From Phycisphaeraceae bacterium (GTDB taxonomy: Bacteria; Planctomycetota; Phycisphaerae; Phycisphaerales; Phycisphaeraceae): DNA of 64,000 nucleotides. How positions within the stretch are numbered: position 1 is the stretch's first letter; every line of letters begins with the position of its first letter. The position numbers and the translations under genes were made by a program. Of this stretch, positions 19,783 through 29,900 are shown piece after piece. The notes below the pieces were generated by a model, which worked only from the letters and a program-made list of their open reading frames with translations, made no database searches and had not been told where the DNA came from. Location: contig OY771506.1 in NCBI GenBank assembly GCA_963674705.1, positions 4,832,001 through 4,896,000 of the forward strand. The letters are read 5' to 3'.

Positions 19783-21837
19783 CTAGCGCCTGGCTGGGGG
19801 TACGGGTAAATCCCGGCCGTTAAGCACAAAGAATTGGCCTCTTGGATGTGCATGATAGTTCAGGTGCGTGTGATCTCCCCCGATGATAATGTCCATATAG
19901 CCGTCCTTGTCCCAGTCAACAAAGGTCACCCCCCCGTTGTGGTGCGAGATGATCTTGTGCAGAGGGATCGCTTCCCGGAAGTGCATCGGCTTTGATGTGT
20001 CCGCCAGGTGCAAGCGGATCTCGCCACCCCAGACTGTTGGTCCGAAGGCATTGTAGGTGACCAGGTCGAGTCCGCCATCGAGATCCCAATCGATCATGCC
20101 CAGGCCGCGCCGTCCGCTTGTCACGCTCAAGATGGCGGGATTCAATTGAAGCGGTTTGTCATCGGGCCCATAGAAAGGCCTAGGATCGTGCAACTCGTCA
20201 TCGCTATTGCCATACCAGAGAGTAACTACATTCTGTGTATCCAGTGCGACTATATCCATGTGCCCGTCGCCATTGAAGTCGCGTACAACAGGTTGAACAC
20301 GATGAGCAACGTCAAAGGCCTCACCGTTTAACTTCATCACATGTGGCTTTTCAAAACGTCGCTCACCATCGACCATCCGCCCGGGCAACCAGACCAAGCG
20401 GGCTGCCATTGATCCGGTGACGATGTCTTCCACACCATCATTGTTCCAGTCGACCATACGCGGCAATGTGCGTTCGAGATAGAACTCGATCGGCCCCCAG
20501 ACAGAACCTCGGCCGATCTCTATGCCGTAATACTCGAGTGGTTCGCCGTCCACATTCTTAATACGTTGGGGTATTTGCCAAACAGGCTTCAGGTCGGTTC
20601 CTTCGTTGATGAGAATCATCGGGGTGCCCGGTTCAGACCCCAGCAACAGGTCACGTACACCGTCACCGTTCCAGTCGGTTACCTCCACGGTGCAAATACC
20701 CTGCGCAGATACAGGAGTATCCTTACCACCTTTCATCGGGAGCATGCCATCATATTCCCAGCCGGTTGAAAAGTTCTCACCTTCCCTAACATGATTGAAT
20801 CGTAACAATCCCATCGTGAAAGCAAAGTAACTGGTCGTGATCATCTCAGGCTTGTTGTCGTTGTCTAGATCGACAAAGTATGCTCGGACAGATAGGTCGC
20901 TGTATATGGGATCGCCCAAAGTGTCAGAGAGCATGCCCGCATAGTTGAACTTCGGCTTACCCTCGCTACCCACATTCTGATACCAACGCAGGCCTGGACG
21001 CTCTTCTCCAACCACCAGATCAAACAATCCGTCGCCATCGATATCCTGTGCCTGCGGGTAGACGAAGCCGTAGGTTACAATATCTTTGCCATCCGCTTGC
21101 ACCAAAGCCGGCTTTTCGAACATAAAGTGCTTGCCATCAGATACGTTGCGCATGACGTAGACGCGTCCGGCCATCGGATTCCAACTATCTGCAGGATGTT
21201 TGTATCCGGCTGTGTATTTGCCGTTCGGCTGTGCGATACTGGGGTGCCAGCCGCCGATTAGTAGGTCTTCCCTGCCGTCTGCGTCCCAATCGACAACCGA
21301 GATGTTTGGGCACATCCACGAGTCGGCAAGCGTTTCGAGTATTGATCCGTCAGGCCAACGGGCCTCAATTACTTCCCACCGTATCTCGTTACCATCGCGC
21401 TTAGGAATGAACAAATTCAAAGGAAGGTCTTTGACACTGATTTCTTTGATGCCAGCGTGTTTCTCGAAGCATACAATGGCCGGCAAGTTACCGCCTGTCT
21501 GTTTCAGTCCGGACTTTTCCATCAGTGCAAAGAATCTACCGATTCGCTGATCCTCGATGGCCAAATGGTTCTTTTCGTAGACGTTTTCGTAGCGTGGTGT
21601 TGTAGGTGTGCCGATATTCAGACGCAGCAAGAGCCTGCCACCGTTTGGGCTCATCAACACGTCCTTTAATCCGTCACCGTTCCAATCCACAAACGCCAGG
21701 TCTGAACCACCAACCATGTAAGGCAATGGCACATCGCGGTTGTGACCATATGTCAATACCTCAGGATTGGATTGATCTGCGACGGCTATCGAGACGGAGA
21801 CCGCCAGGTATGCGAGGGCGAACAGGCGCTTATTCAT
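19783..21837 (-). CDS. Secreted FG-GAP/VCBS-repeat beta-propeller protein
   Basis: Signal peptide; repeated DWNGDGxxD motifs throughout. Confidence 0.88.
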   Translation of the reverse strand: MNKRLFALAYLAVSVSIAVADQSNPEVLTYGHNRDVPLPYMVGGSDLAFVDWNGDGLKDVLMSPNGGRLLLRLNIGTPTTPRYENVYEKNHLAIEDQRIGRFFALMEKSGLKQTGGNLPAIVCFEKHAGIKEISVKDLPLNLFIPKRDGNEIRWEVIEARWPDGSILETLADSWMCPNISVVDWDADGREDLLIGGWHPSIAQPNGKYTAGYKHPADSWNPMAGRVYVMRNVSDGKHFMFEKPALVQADGKDIVTYGFVYPQAQDIDGDGLFDLVVGEERPGLRWYQNVGSEGKPKFNYAGMLSDTLGDPIYSDLSVRAYFVDLDNDNKPEMITTSYFAFTMGLLRFNHVREGENFSTGWEYDGMLPMKGGKDTPVSAQGICTVEVTDWNGDGVRDLLLGSEPGTPMILINEGTDLKPVWQIPQRIKNVDGEPLEYYGIEIGRGSVWGPIEFYLERTLPRMVDWNNDGVEDIVTGSMAARLVWLPGRMVDGERRFEKPHVMKLNGEAFDVAHRVQPVVRDFNGDGHMDIVALDTQNVVTLWYGNSDDELHDPRPFYGPDDKPLQLNPAILSVTSGRRGLGMIDWDLDGGLDLVTYNAFGPTVWGGEIRLHLADTSKPMHFREAIPLHKIISHHNGGVTFVDWDKDGYMDIIIGGDHTHLNYHAHPRGQFFVLNGRDLPVPPARR

Positions 21838-21867
21838 TCTTAATTCCTCTATCGTCTGAGTCGATGT

Positions 21868-24339
21868 TCATAGATCTTGTTCAGCGTACATGGTGTACGA
21901 ATAATTAATCCTTCGCCGCCGGGGGATATAACTCATCACCAACGCGACGGTGACACAGATAACGATGCTGACCACGGGGTAGAGAAAGAAGCTGATTCGC
22001 GTGTATTGGCTTACATAGAATGTTCCCGCGGCGCCAGTTACCGCGCCGCCCAAGACATCCCATCCATCTGTGCGTTTTGTGAAAATGCCAAGCATAAACA
22101 GACCCGCCAGCACACCAACAAACAATCCCACGATCCAGATAAATGTGTCCCAGATCGATTTTATCCCGCTCTGTGCCAGGTATATCGCCATCAATGTTCC
22201 GAACACTCCAAGCACAAATACGATCAGTTTTGCCATCCATACCCGTGATCGCTCGGTACTACCCGGGATGAATCGGATGTAAATGTCACTCACCAGTACG
22301 GTCGCAGTCGAGTGCATAGACGAATCCAAGCTTGACATCGCAGCGGCAAAGATGGCGGCAATCAGCAGTCCGGTCAGCCCGGGAGGAAACGTTTGTGCAA
22401 TAAATAAAGGCACCACGCCATTAATATCTACAGCCGGATGCAGCATGGCGGGGTGTGTCTTATAAAACACGTAAAGTGCTGTCCCCAGGAGAAACACTAA
22501 ACACGCCCACGGGACTGATGCAAACACATCCAGCCAGAGTGCCCTGCCGGCAGACTTTGTGTCAGGCGTCGTGAGGTAGCGTTGGATCACTGTCTGATCT
22601 GATGTCAGGCCTGACAGCCGCGAGAATATGTTGCCGACCAATACCACCCAGATAGCGGCGGCGCCGATGTCCATCGTCGGCAGCATGATCCGCATCTTAT
22701 GATCCTCAGCAACAACACCCATGAACTGCGAGACGCCGTCGTCCAGGCTGAAGAAGACGACAACCACCGCCACTAACGCCCCACTCATCAGCAGGCAAGC
22801 TTGCACAACATCGGTCCATACCACCGCTGCCATACCACCGGTCACGGTGTAGAGCGTGGCGATCACCCCCATCAGGACAATGCACACGGACAGGCTCAGG
22901 TCAGTGATGGTCGCTAATGCTAGCGCGGGCAGCAGCAGGACGACTGCCAGCCTGCCAATCTGCATCAGGCTGAATGACAATGCCGCGAATAGTCTGGTCG
23001 TCGTATTAAAGCGCAGTTCCAGATAGCTGTACGCGCTGGCGACCTTAAATTTTCTAAAGTGTGGGATATAAAATCGTGTGACTACGGGCACGACGATAAA
23101 CCATGTCAGCACACCGGTAAAGTAAGCCCAGTTGGTTGCGAACGTTTTGGCAGGCACAGCCATAAATCCGATTGAGCTAACCTGCGTTGCCAGCAGGCTT
23201 ATGCCCGCAGCCCACCACGGGATACGGTTACCCGCGAGGAAGTAATCATTCGTAGTCTGTCCGCGTTTAGAAAAGTATAATCCGACTCCAACGATGACCA
23301 TTAGGTATGCAGTTAGTGTGACATAATCGAAAGCTTTGAAGTGTGAGGCCGCTGACTGGACATCCCCCACACTGACGCGATATCCGGCATCCTCCCTGTG
23401 TACCAGCAGGATACTATCCGACAGTTCAACCGCTGCAACGGGACCCTTGATCTCAGTACCGTGAGAGATCTCAGCCCAAGTATTAGTGATAGTGTGGTAA
23501 GCATAAGCAACCGTATGGCTATCTTCCTGACTACTTCCAAATAAAAGGATGTGCGCCGCTCCCACTGGTACAGCAGTAGCTGCCGTGAACCCTACTGGTG
23601 GCGGTGACAATGTCGACCATTGTTTCACGCCCGGATCGTATCGGTATGCGGTGCTTTTATGCGAGGTGTCAAACAGGAATAGAGCGTCTCGTTCAGCCGC
23701 GCCTTGTGCAACTAGAATTGGGTGATGCAATACTGACACGGGACCGGTATCAACTTCTTGCCATGTGGCACTAGATATTGTTTGTTCGTTCCCTGTAATT
23801 CTGAGCGACAGAAATCGTGGCGACATGTCTAGTTCGTTTTTACTGCCGATCAGATAAACAGAACCTCTATGAGCCACGGCCGAGGCGCGTGACACAGTGG
23901 TTGGCAATTGAGGCCAATCCGTGTCTACTTCCACGGTACGATAATCAGCGTTCCATCCGATCCGGGCTACTTGTGCAACGGCACCGTCTGGTCCGCTTCC
24001 TCCCATGAACAGGATTCCACCGTCTACCGCAACAACAGCTCCGTAGGCTGTAGGCAAATGGAGTTTTCCAGCCTGACGCCATAATGAACCGCCGTTATCA
24101 TTCAACGGCAAGGCATAGACCTCGTCTGAGAATGAGTCTTTCCTACCCGACTTATCCAAGCCGCCAGCAACAATCAGTACCCCCTGGTCCACACCGATCA
24201 TGGCGCCGGAACGCATCGTCAGTGGTTCGGCAATCTCACGCCAATTAATCCACTCAGGCAATGGCTGCGCTGCTTTGACCGGGTAGCACAGAATCAGTGT
24301 TAACACACATCCAATGTATAGAAGAAGTATACGCGGCAT
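21868..24339 (-). CDS. Kelch (NanM-like) domain fused to sodium:solute symporter
   Basis: N-terminal kelch repeats (LIVAGG, LFMGG); C-terminal SSS (DYFLAGNRIPWWAAGISL, AVVWTDVVQ, QTVIQRYL, FAAAMSSLDS); likely start 24339. Confidence 0.88.
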   Translation of the reverse strand: MPRILLLYIGCVLTLILCYPVKAAQPLPEWINWREIAEPLTMRSGAMIGVDQGVLIVAGGLDKSGRKDSFSDEVYALPLNDNGGSLWRQAGKLHLPTAYGAVVAVDGGILFMGGSGPDGAVAQVARIGWNADYRTVEVDTDWPQLPTTVSRASAVAHRGSVYLIGSKNELDMSPRFLSLRITGNEQTISSATWQEVDTGPVSVLHHPILVAQGAAERDALFLFDTSHKSTAYRYDPGVKQWSTLSPPPVGFTAATAVPVGAAHILLFGSSQEDSHTVAYAYHTITNTWAEISHGTEIKGPVAAVELSDSILLVHREDAGYRVSVGDVQSAASHFKAFDYVTLTAYLMVIVGVGLYFSKRGQTTNDYFLAGNRIPWWAAGISLLATQVSSIGFMAVPAKTFATNWAYFTGVLTWFIVVPVVTRFYIPHFRKFKVASAYSYLELRFNTTTRLFAALSFSLMQIGRLAVVLLLPALALATITDLSLSVCIVLMGVIATLYTVTGGMAAVVWTDVVQACLLMSGALVAVVVVFFSLDDGVSQFMGVVAEDHKMRIMLPTMDIGAAAIWVVLVGNIFSRLSGLTSDQTVIQRYLTTPDTKSAGRALWLDVFASVPWACLVFLLGTALYVFYKTHPAMLHPAVDINGVVPLFIAQTFPPGLTGLLIAAIFAAAMSSLDSSMHSTATVLVSDIYIRFIPGSTERSRVWMAKLIVFVLGVFGTLMAIYLAQSGIKSIWDTFIWIVGLFVGVLAGLFMLGIFTKRTDGWDVLGGAVTGAAGTFYVSQYTRISFFLYPVVSIVICVTVALVMSYIPRRRRINYSYTMYAEQDL

Positions 24340-24449
24340 GGCGCCTTGGACATCCTGGTGTATTTGAATCGAGCGTCTCAATTCCAGTCTTATGAATGGT
24401 ATCACACACTTATCTCGCTGTAGATCTGGGCGCAATCATGTACTTGCTG

Positions 24450-24731
24450 ATATTCACTGTTCAGCTTCTGCTTGTTGCCAGATCACGGCATCGACCATGC
24501 CTTCGGCTTGCAGTTCCAGTTGACAACGCATCCACCATAAGGACGGATCGAGCCAATTGGCAACTTCTTATACGGGCTAGGAGCCGGCGGCGCCTTGTTG
24601 TTGACATAGTAATCGTTGCCACCTGTACCCGGCGGTGCGTCCACGACAGATATGTCCGCCGTAACCGAACCCGCGATCGCCAGCACGCATACCTCATACC
24701 AGTACCGGCACCTCGACACCCTGTCATACAT
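24450..24731 (-). pseudogene. Truncated, frameshifted 5' relic of a GH127/GH146-like hydrolase
   Basis: Signal peptide + YVNNKAPPAPSPYKKLPIGSIRP, continuing in a shifted frame as WMRCQLELQAEGM, then stops. Confidence 0.6.
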
Positions 24732-24746
24732 GGTAAACGGATTCCT

Positions 24747-25481
24747 TCAGGGCGTGACCGTCTCGCGGTCCTTTCCGCGCTGAATCGGCTGCCAGAACTG
24801 CAGGCTATATTCCCAGTACGGCTCCATGTCCGCATAGTCCACCCACGCGGCGGAGCCATCACCATACACCGCGGTCGTCCCTGTCACTGCCTTACCTCCG
24901 TCCACCAATTCGTATCCCACAAAATCATTCGTTGAAAGAGACTTCCATGTCACAGCGGACCAGACAGCACTGCTGTTGAAACGCCGGTCAGCATCCGCAC
25001 GGCTGAAGTCTACCCGATCAATCAACCAGTTCCCGGTGTTACGATCAAAGAAGTGATACTGCATGGTTGTGTAGCCTGGGTCGTCGTCTTTCCGATAGCC
25101 GGGAAATTCAGTCGTGCGGTATTCGCCTATGAACGGCCCCTTAGAGAAAAATATCTCTTCGCGTAGTTCCTCGCCGATATAAGGATTGGCGAGAGACTCA
25201 TATAAATCATACTGGAACCGTGCGGGTCGACCTGCTACCTGACGCATAACGTGTGGCCAGAGCGATGTCCGTACCCGTGCGGGCAACTCATCCTGGTTAT
25301 CACTACAGTAGGCAAACGTAGCAATACCCAATTGTTTGAGTTTGTTGATCTCGCGGATACGTGCCGCGGACTTCTTTGCCGCGCCAAGCGCCGGCAGCAG
25401 GATACCTACAAGCAGAGCGATGATCGAGATAACAACCAGGAGTTCGATCAGCGTAAAGGCTTGACTTCTACCGCGAATCAT
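24747..25481 (-). CDS. Prepilin-type N-terminal cleavage/methylation protein
   Basis: [26 protein letters not shown]-terminal VYGDGSAAW. Confidence 0.9.
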   Translation of the reverse strand: MIRGRSQAFTLIELLVVISIIALLVGILLPALGAAKKSAARIREINKLKQLGIATFAYCSDNQDELPARVRTSLWPHVMRQVAGRPARFQYDLYESLANPYIGEELREEIFFSKGPFIGEYRTTEFPGYRKDDDPGYTTMQYHFFDRNTGNWLIDRVDFSRADADRRFNSSAVWSAVTWKSLSTNDFVGYELVDGGKAVTGTTAVYGDGSAAWVDYADMEPYWEYSLQFWQPIQRGKDRETVTP

Positions 25482-25595
25482 GTGTGTTCTCCAGAATATA
25501 CGGTGCGCGGTTCTTGTATTCGGACGCGTTACCGGGCCTAGGACCGCGGTTGGATAATTGGGTGGGTCGCCGTCAAGCGGCCCACCACGGGAGGA

Positions 25596-26687
25596 TTAGG
25601 CGTTACGTCGGCGGAGTGAGACCGCGACACATACGCCAAACAGTCCTAACGTTGCCGGTTCAGGCACGTTTGAGACCGGAGGGGTGCCAGCGTTCCAGTT
25701 GTTCAGAACAATATCCAAATCATCCAGGCCAACAAAACCATCGCCTGATGGGTCAGCTGCTGGATCGGCAGGCGGGACACTCTGGTTCCAAACACCGAGG
25801 ATAATGTCCAAGTCATCCAGCCCCACAAAGCCGTCCCCGTTCAGGTCACCTTCCAGTGCAAACCCAGCAAGCGAAGCGATATCAGTGGCGGTAAGCGCAC
25901 TATTCCAGATCGCGAAATCATCCACACTACCACCTTCATTCAACTGGGAGTCATATCGTCCGCTTAAGTTGAATGGCGAATCGCTGGAAAGGTCGATGTC
26001 ATCCACACCAGCAAGCCCTGTGCTTACCGCAGTCATCGTTACCAGCTCACCATCGAGGTATAGCCTTATCCCTCGCGTATCGTCAGTCTCGTCATAACTG
26101 AATGTGAGCGCTACATGGTGCCAATCGGTGTCGGTGATAGTGGTCACACTATCGGCAATGATACGAGCCTCACTACTCGTCCCCGAGACAGGTGTATGAT
26201 CGTATCGGAACAGGCCGGTTAGTTTGCCGCCACTACCGATATCAAATGACCACCCGCGCAGTTCCAGCCCGTCACCGTCTCCGATGTCTTCGCGGATCAT
26301 TTTCGACGCCAGGAAGAATCGGTCGCCCACGTTCTCAAGCTTGACCCAGGACGCGACGGTGATTGGTGTATCGCGTGTCACGTTCAAGATTGAATCGTCA
26401 CTGGTGGTACCGGTCGTAGTCAAGATGACGGGATCGGGCAGAAGCAGGCCGTTTCCATTGACACCGGTGACCAAATTTGCTGGTGTCTCGAAGCCCTGTG
26501 CATCTACTGCGAGCAGGTCGACGCTGTTCGGTCCCGAGTCCGTTACTTCACCACCGGCACCTAGCGTCTCGAACTCGTAGTACACCAGAGCGCTATCGTA
26601 TAACGAACTGGCGGATGCCGAGGCCAACGGCATTACAGCAATACCCACAGCCGCGAGCCCCTTGATGTAGTTTTGTTGATACTTCAT
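25596..26687 (-). CDS. LamG/ConA-like jellyroll protein with dockerin-like repeat and PEP-CTERM
   Basis: ITVASWVK, DWHHVALTF, RLYLDG, VDDFAIWNSALT; GDLNGDGFVGLDDLD; VPEPATLGL...RRR. Confidence 0.9.
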   Translation of the reverse strand: MKYQQNYIKGLAAVGIAVMPLASASASSLYDSALVYYEFETLGAGGEVTDSGPNSVDLLAVDAQGFETPANLVTGVNGNGLLLPDPVILTTTGTTSDDSILNVTRDTPITVASWVKLENVGDRFFLASKMIREDIGDGDGLELRGWSFDIGSGGKLTGLFRYDHTPVSGTSSEARIIADSVTTITDTDWHHVALTFSYDETDDTRGIRLYLDGELVTMTAVSTGLAGVDDIDLSSDSPFNLSGRYDSQLNEGGSVDDFAIWNSALTATDIASLAGFALEGDLNGDGFVGLDDLDIILGVWNQSVPPADPAADPSGDGFVGLDDLDIVLNNWNAGTPPVSNVPEPATLGLFGVCVAVSLRRRNA

Positions 26688-26768
26688 AGTGTCCTCCTTT
26701 GTGTATTCAGATAAGGAATGCTTTCATCCGAGGTTGATAATCTCACCGACTAAGAACGATCCACCAAT

Positions 26769-27653
26769 TCAGTTGGATTTACGTCTTACTGATGCGCGCC
26801 CCACATACAACAAACTGCCTAATAACAGTGAGAAAGTAGCCGGTTCAGGTGCTAGCGCAGCAATATCTGATGGGCTGAGCACGGAGTTCCAGACCGCAAA
26901 ATCATCGACGGCCCCTCCCTCGTTAAGTTGTGAGTCGTAACGACCACTGAAGTTAAACGGAGAATCATGCGACAGGTCGTAATCAGCGATACCCGCCAGC
27001 CCTGTACTGCTTGCTGTCATAGGCTGTAGTGTGCCGTCAAGATAGATCCGCATGCCACGCGTTGCATCAGCCTCATCGTAGCTGAAGGTCAGGGCGACAT
27101 GATGCCAAGCGGTATCCGTGATCGTTGTATCGCTATTGACTATGATCCTTGCATCGGCAGATGTGCCTGATGTGGGTGTGTGATCGTAACGCCAGATAGC
27201 CGCCAGTTTCCCGCCGGCATCTACCGTAAACGACCATCCCTGCAGTTCCAAGCCGGTATCGGAATCATTCGGGTCCTCGCGGAGGACTTTGGATGCCAGG
27301 AAGAACCGATCTGTGGCGTTTTCAAGCTTGATCCATGCCGCAAGCGAGAAGGATGTGTCACGTGTAACGTTGAGAATCGAATCATCACTACCGGTCCCTG
27401 TAGTTGTGAGCACGACACCATCCGGTAAACGTATCGCATTCCCGGTAATGCCGTTGATAAGGCTCGCTGTGCCGCCAGAGGCAATGAGGTCAACGTTATT
27501 GGGGCTTGAATCTGCAACCTCGCCACCCGCGCCCAAGGACTCGAACTCGTAATGAACCAGTGCGCTATCGTATAACGAGGCTGACGAAGCAGTAAACGAA
27601 AGTGCAATAATTGAAGTCGATACGAACGTTTGCATGGATCTAGCAGTTCTCAT
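26769..27653 (-). CDS. LamG/ConA-like jellyroll PEP-CTERM protein (tandem paralog without dockerin)
   Basis: Highly similar to 25596-26687 over the LamG domain; ends APEPATFSLL...RRK. Confidence 0.9.
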   Translation of the reverse strand: MRTARSMQTFVSTSIIALSFTASSASLYDSALVHYEFESLGAGGEVADSSPNNVDLIASGGTASLINGITGNAIRLPDGVVLTTTGTGSDDSILNVTRDTSFSLAAWIKLENATDRFFLASKVLREDPNDSDTGLELQGWSFTVDAGGKLAAIWRYDHTPTSGTSADARIIVNSDTTITDTAWHHVALTFSYDEADATRGMRIYLDGTLQPMTASSTGLAGIADYDLSHDSPFNFSGRYDSQLNEGGAVDDFAVWNSVLSPSDIAALAPEPATFSLLLGSLLYVGRASVRRKSN

Positions 27654-27739
27654 TCTCTTCCCTCCTAAGCTAGCAGTAACAGGTGAATTGACCGGGTGCC
27701 GCCATACATTTAACGCAACCCCGTCAAACTAAAGTGTGG

Positions 27740-28567
27740 TCAGATTCCGCAATCCTCTATCTGTGTGATCTCACGAGACAGCCCGTCAAGTTCGTCATAA
27801 ATACCCTTTGCGTCTATTGATTCTGTTCGTAGATGCTCATCGTCTCGGGCCATTGCAATCGCCAAGCCGCGACGGATGTGGCTACGCATCAGACGCGAAG
27901 CCTGCTTGGGATCGGCCTGCTCGATGGCGTTCAATATCTCGGTATGTTCGCATAGCGAGCCTTCAAGGTTTCGCATGCGCAGGTCAGAAAGCCGATGCCC
28001 GAACACCCTGGTCATTAGCCGAAGGCCGGCCACCATTTTGACGGCCATCTGGTTGCCAGCACGGTGCAATACCGCAAGGTGGAATGTTGCGTCCGCGATC
28101 CCCCATTGCTTGTGCAGTAGTACGTTCTCCGTAGCATGCCGATGGTCCCAGGAATGTCGGCTCAGTTGTCGCATCAACTCGATCGAACGTCTCATCTGCT
28201 CATAACCGTGCGTTCCAGTTGCCATCGCAGCTTTTCTTGCTGCATGCGATTCCAAGACCATGCGAAGTTCGTAGATGTCCTTTACCTCCAATCGCGTTGG
28301 GTTCATGACGAACGTCCCTACACCCGGCCGGTGCTCCAGCAATCCCTCACCGACGAGTTGTGTGATGGCTTCACGGACGGGAATCGTACTGACGCCTAAG
28401 TCACGCGCCAGCCCGCGCGTGGATACTTTGGTCCCACCAGGCAGCTCCATCGCCTCGATCTGCCTCCGGATCTGGTTGTACGCACGCTCTTTCTGGGTCG
28501 CGGTTGTGCTTTGAAAGCTATTCGCGAAAGGAGGTTTTTCACGGGAAGTATTAAGTGGCGACAACAT
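27740..28567 (-). CDS. GntR-family (FCD) regulator, paralog of 18920-19750
   Basis: STIPVREAITQLVGEGLLEHRPGVGTFV; FCD domain. Confidence 0.92.
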   Translation of the reverse strand: MLSPLNTSREKPPFANSFQSTTATQKERAYNQIRRQIEAMELPGGTKVSTRGLARDLGVSTIPVREAITQLVGEGLLEHRPGVGTFVMNPTRLEVKDIYELRMVLESHAARKAAMATGTHGYEQMRRSIELMRQLSRHSWDHRHATENVLLHKQWGIADATFHLAVLHRAGNQMAVKMVAGLRLMTRVFGHRLSDLRMRNLEGSLCEHTEILNAIEQADPKQASRLMRSHIRRGLAIAMARDDEHLRTESIDAKGIYDELDGLSREITQIEDCGI

Positions 28568-28638
28568 TACAACAACGATTCCTCAAAGGCGAGTCAACCG
28601 GTACATAGCGGATTACCCAAACGGGCCATGATTGTACG

Positions 28639-28671
28639 GATATATGATATATCACATATCACGTCTGTCAA
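28639..28671 (-). promoter_or_regulatory. gntR promoter with overlapping palindrome
   Basis: Minus-strand TTGACA (28671-28666)-16 bp-TATCAT; palindrome core TGATATATCA at 28645-28654. Confidence 0.55.
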
Positions 28672-28765
28672 TAAGGGAAGCCCTTAAATATTTTAAGTAT
28701 TCATAAATATAAATTATTACATTATTTATAATTTCTTCGCCCAGCCTGTGTACTATGTGGGCAGA

Positions 28766-28793
28766 TTGACAGGTGGGCAATATGTGGTACATT
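28766..28793 (+). promoter_or_regulatory. Sigma70-like promoter for the nanA-like gene
   Basis: TTGACA-16 bp-TACATT. Confidence 0.5.
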
Positions 28794-28863
28794 GGATACA
28801 TTAACAATATGCCATGTATATCATTTATGGCGTTTTAATTCTTACAGACACGAGGTGTTGAGT

Positions 28864-29865
28864 ATGAGCTTTTGGGACCGGTTGCTGGTCGCCCCGTTGG
28901 CGCCGATGAACAACGACGGTGAATTGAATCTGAAGTTGGTCGAACGTTATGCCGCGGTTTTGATCTCACGTGGAGCGGAAGGTTTCTATTTGTGTGGTAG
29001 TACCGGCGAAGGCGTGCTCTTGACCGTACAAGAACGCATGTCACTTGTTCAACGCTGGGTTGATGTAATCGGTAACCAAGTGCCTGTTGTTGTCCACGTG
29101 GGCGATACCAGCATCCGCAATGCCTGCGACCTTGCTGAGCATGCGGGGACTTTAAAGGTTACTGCGATTTCTTCGATGGGCCCGTTGTATCCGGGCGTAC
29201 CTCTCAGAAGTATGGATGACCTGGTGCGCTGGTCCGCAACAATCGCAGCTTCGGTGCCACAATTGCCCTTCTTCCATTACCACATGGGTGCCCTGGCCGG
29301 AATGCCACGTGTGCGAATGTCAGAGTATGTGAAACTGGCAGTCGAACGGATCCCGAATTTTACCGGCGTAAAATTCACTCATGAAGACCTCATGGACTTC
29401 AGTCATTGCCTGCGGTTTTTCGATGGCAGGTATGCCTTGCTTTACGGTAAGGATGAGATGCTCTTACCAGCAATGGCGTGTGGGGCAAAGGGCTTTGTCG
29501 GCGGTAGCTACAACCTGACGTCGCCTCTAGCCGTAAAGATTATTCAAGCTCATCAGGCGAATAGCCTCGACAAGGCAAGGTCATATCAATCTCAACTGCA
29601 AGATGTCATAGCCCTAGTACAACGCCATGGCGGCATGCCCGCATTGAAAGCCGCAATGGGAGCGATCGGACTTGACCTAGGTGGCATACGCCAGCCCTGG
29701 CGTGGTCTAGATCATGAAAGCATCGACTGCCTGATTCAAGAACTGGAACAAATCTGGCCGGATGTTGGCAATGACTCGCATCATCATGCCAGCGAACCTT
29801 CAAAGGAACCATTAACTACGCCGACTATCACTGCACATGTCAGAGATGCCGCGAAACAGGTATAA
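28864..29865 (+). CDS. N-acetylneuraminate lyase-like protein (DHDPS/NanA family)
   Basis: GFYLCGSTGEG, VVHVG, GVKFT Schiff-base Lys, YGKDE, GGSYN; SD before ATG 28864. Confidence 0.85.
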   Translation: MSFWDRLLVAPLAPMNNDGELNLKLVERYAAVLISRGAEGFYLCGSTGEGVLLTVQERMSLVQRWVDVIGNQVPVVVHVGDTSIRNACDLAEHAGTLKVTAISSMGPLYPGVPLRSMDDLVRWSATIAASVPQLPFFHYHMGALAGMPRVRMSEYVKLAVERIPNFTGVKFTHEDLMDFSHCLRFFDGRYALLYGKDEMLLPAMACGAKGFVGGSYNLTSPLAVKIIQAHQANSLDKARSYQSQLQDVIALVQRHGGMPALKAAMGAIGLDLGGIRQPWRGLDHESIDCLIQELEQIWPDVGNDSHHHASEPSKEPLTTPTITAHVRDAAKQV

Positions 29866-29900
29866 GAGATTGTTCATCAATAATCATGAAGACATACTTA

